Below, piece after piece: positions 59,743 to 64,000 of a stretch of 64,000 bases of DNA; within the stretch, counting starts at the first letter, position 1; every line of letters starts with the position of its first letter. Both the position numbers and the translations under genes were made by a program. The stretch is from Fistulifera solaris (lineage: Eukaryota), in assembly GCA_030295235.1 (NCBI GenBank), contig AP026123.1, forward strand, positions 806,001-870,000, read 5' to 3'. The notes beneath the pieces were generated by a model, which saw only the letters and a program-made list of their open reading frames with translations, made no database searches and was not told where the DNA came from.

Positions 59743-60709
59743 TTAAACTTTTCGGATAAACTCGGCACGGCGATTCGGACCTCGATACAGGTAAAGCGTT
59801 CCAGTCAAGAGTTTGATCTGTATGCACTTTTCGTCGCCGCTGGGTTTGGGACGTTTGTTTTTGAACGGCTTGTGTGGGGGCATCTTCCGCTTGTTGCTTC
59901 CTTCCTCGATCGGCTGCGGAACTCCAAACTCATCAATGATAGCCTGACGACGGCGACTGCGCTGCTCGCGAGCCGAGGCCTTTTTCCTACGAGCTTCCGC
60001 AGTTTCTGGAATCGATGAATCAGAGGCGATGGGAGAGCTTTCCTGAGACTTTTTCGCGTCTTTGGAATTGTCGTCTGACGGTGGCCCCGGTAGGGGTTCG
60101 GACAATTCAGCAACCTCGTCAACCGGAGAAGATGTTGAGCGTCCTTTTCCCTTGATAGTAGCGTTTCCTGTCGGTTTGTTAGTAGCACTATCCATGGCGA
60201 TGCGGTTGAATTCTCCTTCCCCGCTAGACGTGTCCGACGAACGTCTGCCGTCGTCGACTTTCGTAAAGGCGTGTTCGTAAACCTCTTCGTCTTTATAAGG
60301 ACCCTCGAACTTTATCAGCCATCGCGGGTGAACAGAGCTATACGTTGAAGTAAGAACGAGTGAGTTGCTTGTGTCTAATGATGCGTAGCGTGTCGCGAGA
60401 AGATACAGCCCTACCCATGAATCATCGACCATCGCCGATGGTGCTTTGTTGACGTACCTTCCTTCCGTAAGGAGCTGGGCGAGAACAGCTCTCAAAGCAA
60501 CGTTATTCCGATGAATCTGTATCAACAAAGTGCGAAAGAAAGAGGTGGGTCAGACGAGAGTGATGACAATTGCCCGATAACGCGGAGCCGTCAGCGTGTC
60601 GTCCCTGGTCAAAAAACCGAACCACTCAACTTACCTCCACAACATCGCCGACGTTGAATTCCGAAGTTTGCTTCTTTGGAGCCCTTCGAGATCTTCTCAA
60701 TGCCTCCAT
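59743..60709 (-). CDS. Hypothetical protein A: N-terminal Tudor/SH3-like barrel, disordered linker, C-terminal TGTLYLYRGPNRRAEFIRKV motif
   Basis: MEALRRSRRAPKKQTSEFNVGDVVE, then intron 60517-60634 and a probable intron 60338-60457, then HPRWLIKFEGPYKDEEVYEHAF. Homologous to the 61366-62129 gene. Confidence 0.75.
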
Positions 60710-61365
60710 GTTTTCACAGCAACCAACTTGTCTATGGACTTGAATGGTTTGTAATGCCGTTGACGGTGTAATTCTTTTGCGTTTTGAGAAACGGCAATAA
60801 ATAACCACGGAAGAAGACTCTGGTCATGTTTTTTGTCGTCTGCATTCTCCGGTTTGAAAGGTGAACAATCAATGGTGACTTCCTACTTCAAACATCATAC
60901 TAGTTCGGTACAGTGGAATGAGTAGTGAATGGAGAATGATCCCTTTGTTCTATTTATGTCATACTTAAAATTAGACAATTATTCTGGAAGTAGTATTACG
61001 ACGTTGAAGGTCGGAGTGACCGGCGCGACGCGGCGTGCACATCATACATTATTGTACTTGAGGGCGCGTAACTATCAGTCTGTCAGTACTGTGGGCGTTA
61101 CACTCGTTACTCGTTACAGTACACTTTACGGCACATTTTTGTGAAGATCACCAATCACAAAACGATCGCAAAATATTTCCCCCCGTTTCTGTCGGCTTGA
61201 ACCTTCGCCATGTTCTTGTTCTGGTGGTGCTGAGCCGAACGTCAAATCATGCAAAAGATTGTTTAAGGCAAAGATTCCAGTTTGGTTGCAGCCGTTAATA
61301 CCCCACCGAAACCTCGTTGTCAAAAGTGCTTCACTACAAAGTATCAGGCGAGTCTATTAACAAAC

Positions 61366-62129
61366 ATGGCAGAGTCCCTTCGTCGATCCTCGCGCCGATC
61401 GAAGAAACGGACTTACAGTGTCGATAATCTCGTTGAAATTCTCTCAAAGGTCAGTGAGGTATTACTCGAAAACATTTTCTTCCTATTTCAAATGTAACTC
61501 ATCTTCTGTCTTTTACAGGATGATGGCGACACCGTAGTAGCGAAGGGTCGCCTGATCGCGAATATTTCCGATGACCCGGCAGTTGACCATCAATGGTTGG
61601 TGGAAATCGATGGCGGTCTCCAACCCAATGAAGAGATGCACGAAAGTAGGTTCGGAGAAGTTCTCGGAAAGGTAGACGCACCCGTGGCAACATTTGCTAT
61701 TCAGCCACCTTCTCGTAGTCTCAAGAGCAGCACTTCCTCAGTGACATCCACCAAGGAAGTCAAGGGCAAACTCTCACCTAAGGAAAGAACAGACAGCACA
61801 CAGCTTTCTGAAACTGATAACGCGCGATCTTCTTCCAGTATTGTAAAGGGGAAAGCATCCAAAGGCAAAAGGTAGAGCTTCAAGATCCGCTATCGAGTTC
61901 CGAAGGATCTTCGTCTCCTGCTGACCAAGAAGCTTCTTCGCAATCGCCCGTAAACAATAACCGCAGTGAACGTCGACTGCATCATCCACTGAAGGATATC
62001 CCTAGGCCGCTTAAGAAACAAAAAGTTCCGAAACAAAAAGAAGACGTTGTGCGCATTCCTATGAAAACGGGAATCCTCTTGCTTTACAGAGGGGTAAATC
62101 GACGAGCTGAATTTGTTCGTAAGGCCTAG
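61366..62129 (+). CDS. Hypothetical protein B, paralogue of protein A (C-terminus TGILLLYRGVNRRAEFVRKA)
   Basis: MAESLRRSSRRSKKRTYSVDNLVEILSK, intron 61450-61518, then DHQWLVEIDGGLQPNEEMHESRF. One extra A in the run at 61867-61870 restores an open frame to TAG at 62127-62129. Confidence 0.72.
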
Positions 62130-63234
62130 CACTCTATTTACCCTTTTACTGACAAAGCTAGTAAGCTCTCGAACATTATAGTGATCGTCATCTGTTAAAA
62201 GCGTCGACAAATATTTGCTCGCTCGCTGTACCCAAATGAATGAACAAAGAAGAAAAGATCTTTTTATGAGTCGAACTAGATTGCAGAGCCTTCACTGGGC
62301 ACTCTTTGAGACTAACTTTCTTTATTAAGTCAGATTCCTTTGTTTAGCCGATTGGTAGCATGTCTATTTACTGTTAGTTGAACAAAAATAATGAGAATGA
62401 GCAATGAGCCCACAGCTAAAAGTGTTTGAGTCTTAACGGTTTCTACTTCGATACACGGGCCTCGGCCTCGGGCCGGCCAACGGTCACAACCGTCTTTCGT
62501 TAAAGCCTCGGGCCTGCCCAACTCCAATGAGCGACTCATGTATACACATTGAAAGACTCTTCAGTCGTCGGCAACGCAAGGGGCATAGGTCAACGTAAAG
62601 CATTCCATAACCACATCAAAGACGTTGAAGCAAACGCGATGATACATTTAGGAGTTTCAACTTCCACAGCATCTGATGTTTTTGATGCCAAAGCACACTC
62701 ATTTTTCGCCAAACCCAAAATATCCTTCTTTCATAAAGATCCAACCCGAACCATCTTTCAAATTCAGTAAAAAGATTTCACTTGGAAGCAGTGGTAAGCG
62801 CTAACACTGAAGACTGAAGCGCTTGAAGCTGATATCATTGATCAGTGATCACATATGCTTTCGAACGTGCCGGCGCTGCCACGTGAATAGTCGATATTCC
62901 TTGTTGACTGCGGACAATGGTTGTTGATAACAACAGTAGATGGGTTGCATTTGAAGATCTTCGTACTCCCGTCGAAGTGAGATCTGTAATTACAGAGCGT
63001 AAATTCAGTGCTTCTCAACAGAATAATTCTCAGGGGCAATCTTGGAATAAGGCTTACGAGGAATCTGCAAATATATCGATATCCCGACAAGGATCGCGCC
63101 TCTCGAACGATGGTTTGCCACCCAGCAGCCGCTTCTCTGCAACTGCTGACCGTTCTACGAAAAGGTCTAGCGGTCGCCAACGCGATCAGATGATTCTTTC
63201 TCGCCAAGAAAGCAACATGTCTAGGCGCAGTATA

Positions 63235-64000
63235 ATGTCCGATGAGCGTGAAAAAGCAAGACCTGTTGCCGTGCAATATCGAACAGTAATTTACCCCACT
63301 GCAAGTATGGATGGAGCTTCTTCTCAAACGTCCGCATTTTCTTCAGTGAGGGGACGAAATCAGGAGCAATCTCATATAAATATGCAGCAAGTGCCTACAA
63401 TAGGACGTAGCAGAGGACGCAGTGAGGAACTACGTCCGACAGATCCATCGCTTCACCATCATAAGCGTTCTTTGAGCCGTGCTCGGTCGACTACTTCCGC
63501 TAGATCCTCGACTGTGATTCACACGAAGCAAAGCCGAGAAAGATCTTCAAGTCGGTCGCGGCTTCCTCCTACCTCAGCGAGTGCTCGTCAAAGAGCATTA
63601 TCACGATCACAAAGCTTAACGCGTGTTACTAGTCCGTCGTCATTCGCAAGTCGAAATGAGTCGATGTCAGCGACAGGTCGAAACAGTAGCAGACCGCCTT
63701 CCTCGACTTCGTATTGTCCGAATAATTCACCAATCACCATTGCAGATCTGAACATAGGAGGGGACTCCAGTTCGGCAATTGAAAGCAGCAAGCTATCACA
63801 ACGAACACGATCCTTGGGAAAGTTTTTCGGTGTCCAGGGAAGACAATCTAGCAATACAGATCTGGATCGTCGAATCCGTCCACGAACACTTTTGGCAGCA
63901 ACAGTCTATCACAACGCAGCGACTAACCTTTGGATCACTACTATTAACACCAACCAACGTGGGGTAGCGAAGGATCCTAATTTGGCCAATAAATACTTGA
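63235..64000 (+). CDS. 5' part of a hypothetical protein (Ser/Arg-rich, then conserved-looking LAATVYHNAATNLWITTINTNQRG), truncated by the window end
   Basis: Frame appears open from ATG 63235 to the window end. It may extend upstream to ~62400 through frameshifts. Confidence 0.55.
   Translation, partial: MSDEREKARPVAVQYRTVIYPTASMDGASSQTSAFSSVRGRNQEQSHINMQQVPTIGRSRGRSEELRPTDPSLHHHKRSLSRARSTTSARSSTVIHTKQSRERSSSRSRLPPTSASARQRALSRSQSLTRVTSPSSFASRNESMSATGRNSSRPPSSTSYCPNNSPITIADLNIGGDSSSAIESSKLSQRTRSLGKFFGVQGRQSSNTDLDRRIRPRTLLAATVYHNAATNLWITTINTNQRGVAKDPNLANKYL

Noticed and set aside
1..64000. tRNA, rRNA, or intact transposase/integrase genes
   Set aside because: None recognised by eye; a covariance-model scan would be needed to exclude small ncRNAs.

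Overview
Gene-dense eukaryotic nuclear DNA, most likely from a diatom. The evidence is short GT-AG introns (about 55-120 nt) and bipartite signal + F/W transit presequences on EF-G, LipB and an RluA-family enzyme; the taxon is an inference. I find about 25 protein-coding genes. Recognisable ones include a monoacylglycerol lipase, an eEF2K-like alpha-kinase, a MYB-ankyrin-HDAC fusion, an SGNH hydrolase, GatB, a NUDIX hydrolase, PP2C, a cyclophilin, a very large CHD-type remodeller, a DENND4-like GEF, a pseudouridine synthase, MOCS3/UBA4, a TRIC-like membrane protein, Pumilio, LipB, plastid EF-G, CK2-beta and prefoldin 5. There are also four tandem-repeat arrays. Many genes are broken by single-base frameshifts, often at homopolymers, which look like long-read consensus errors rather than pseudogenisation. 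The most unusual signals are five. (1) A head-to-head pair of unannotated paralogues shares an N-terminal barrel-like domain and a C-terminal TGxLxLYRGxNRRAEFxRK motif. (2) The second chromodomain of the CHD remodeller appears split by an inserted HMG-bromo-PHD module, and the protein also carries PDZ- and NUMOD1-like segments. (3) The eEF2K homologue has lost the zinc-site ligands and gained a Tudor-like domain. (4) One protein fuses MYB, ankyrin and HDAC domains. (5) A higher-order ~215-bp satellite is bracketed by diverged direct repeats, and a ~209-bp array is rich in palindromes. All calls were made by eye; no searches were run.
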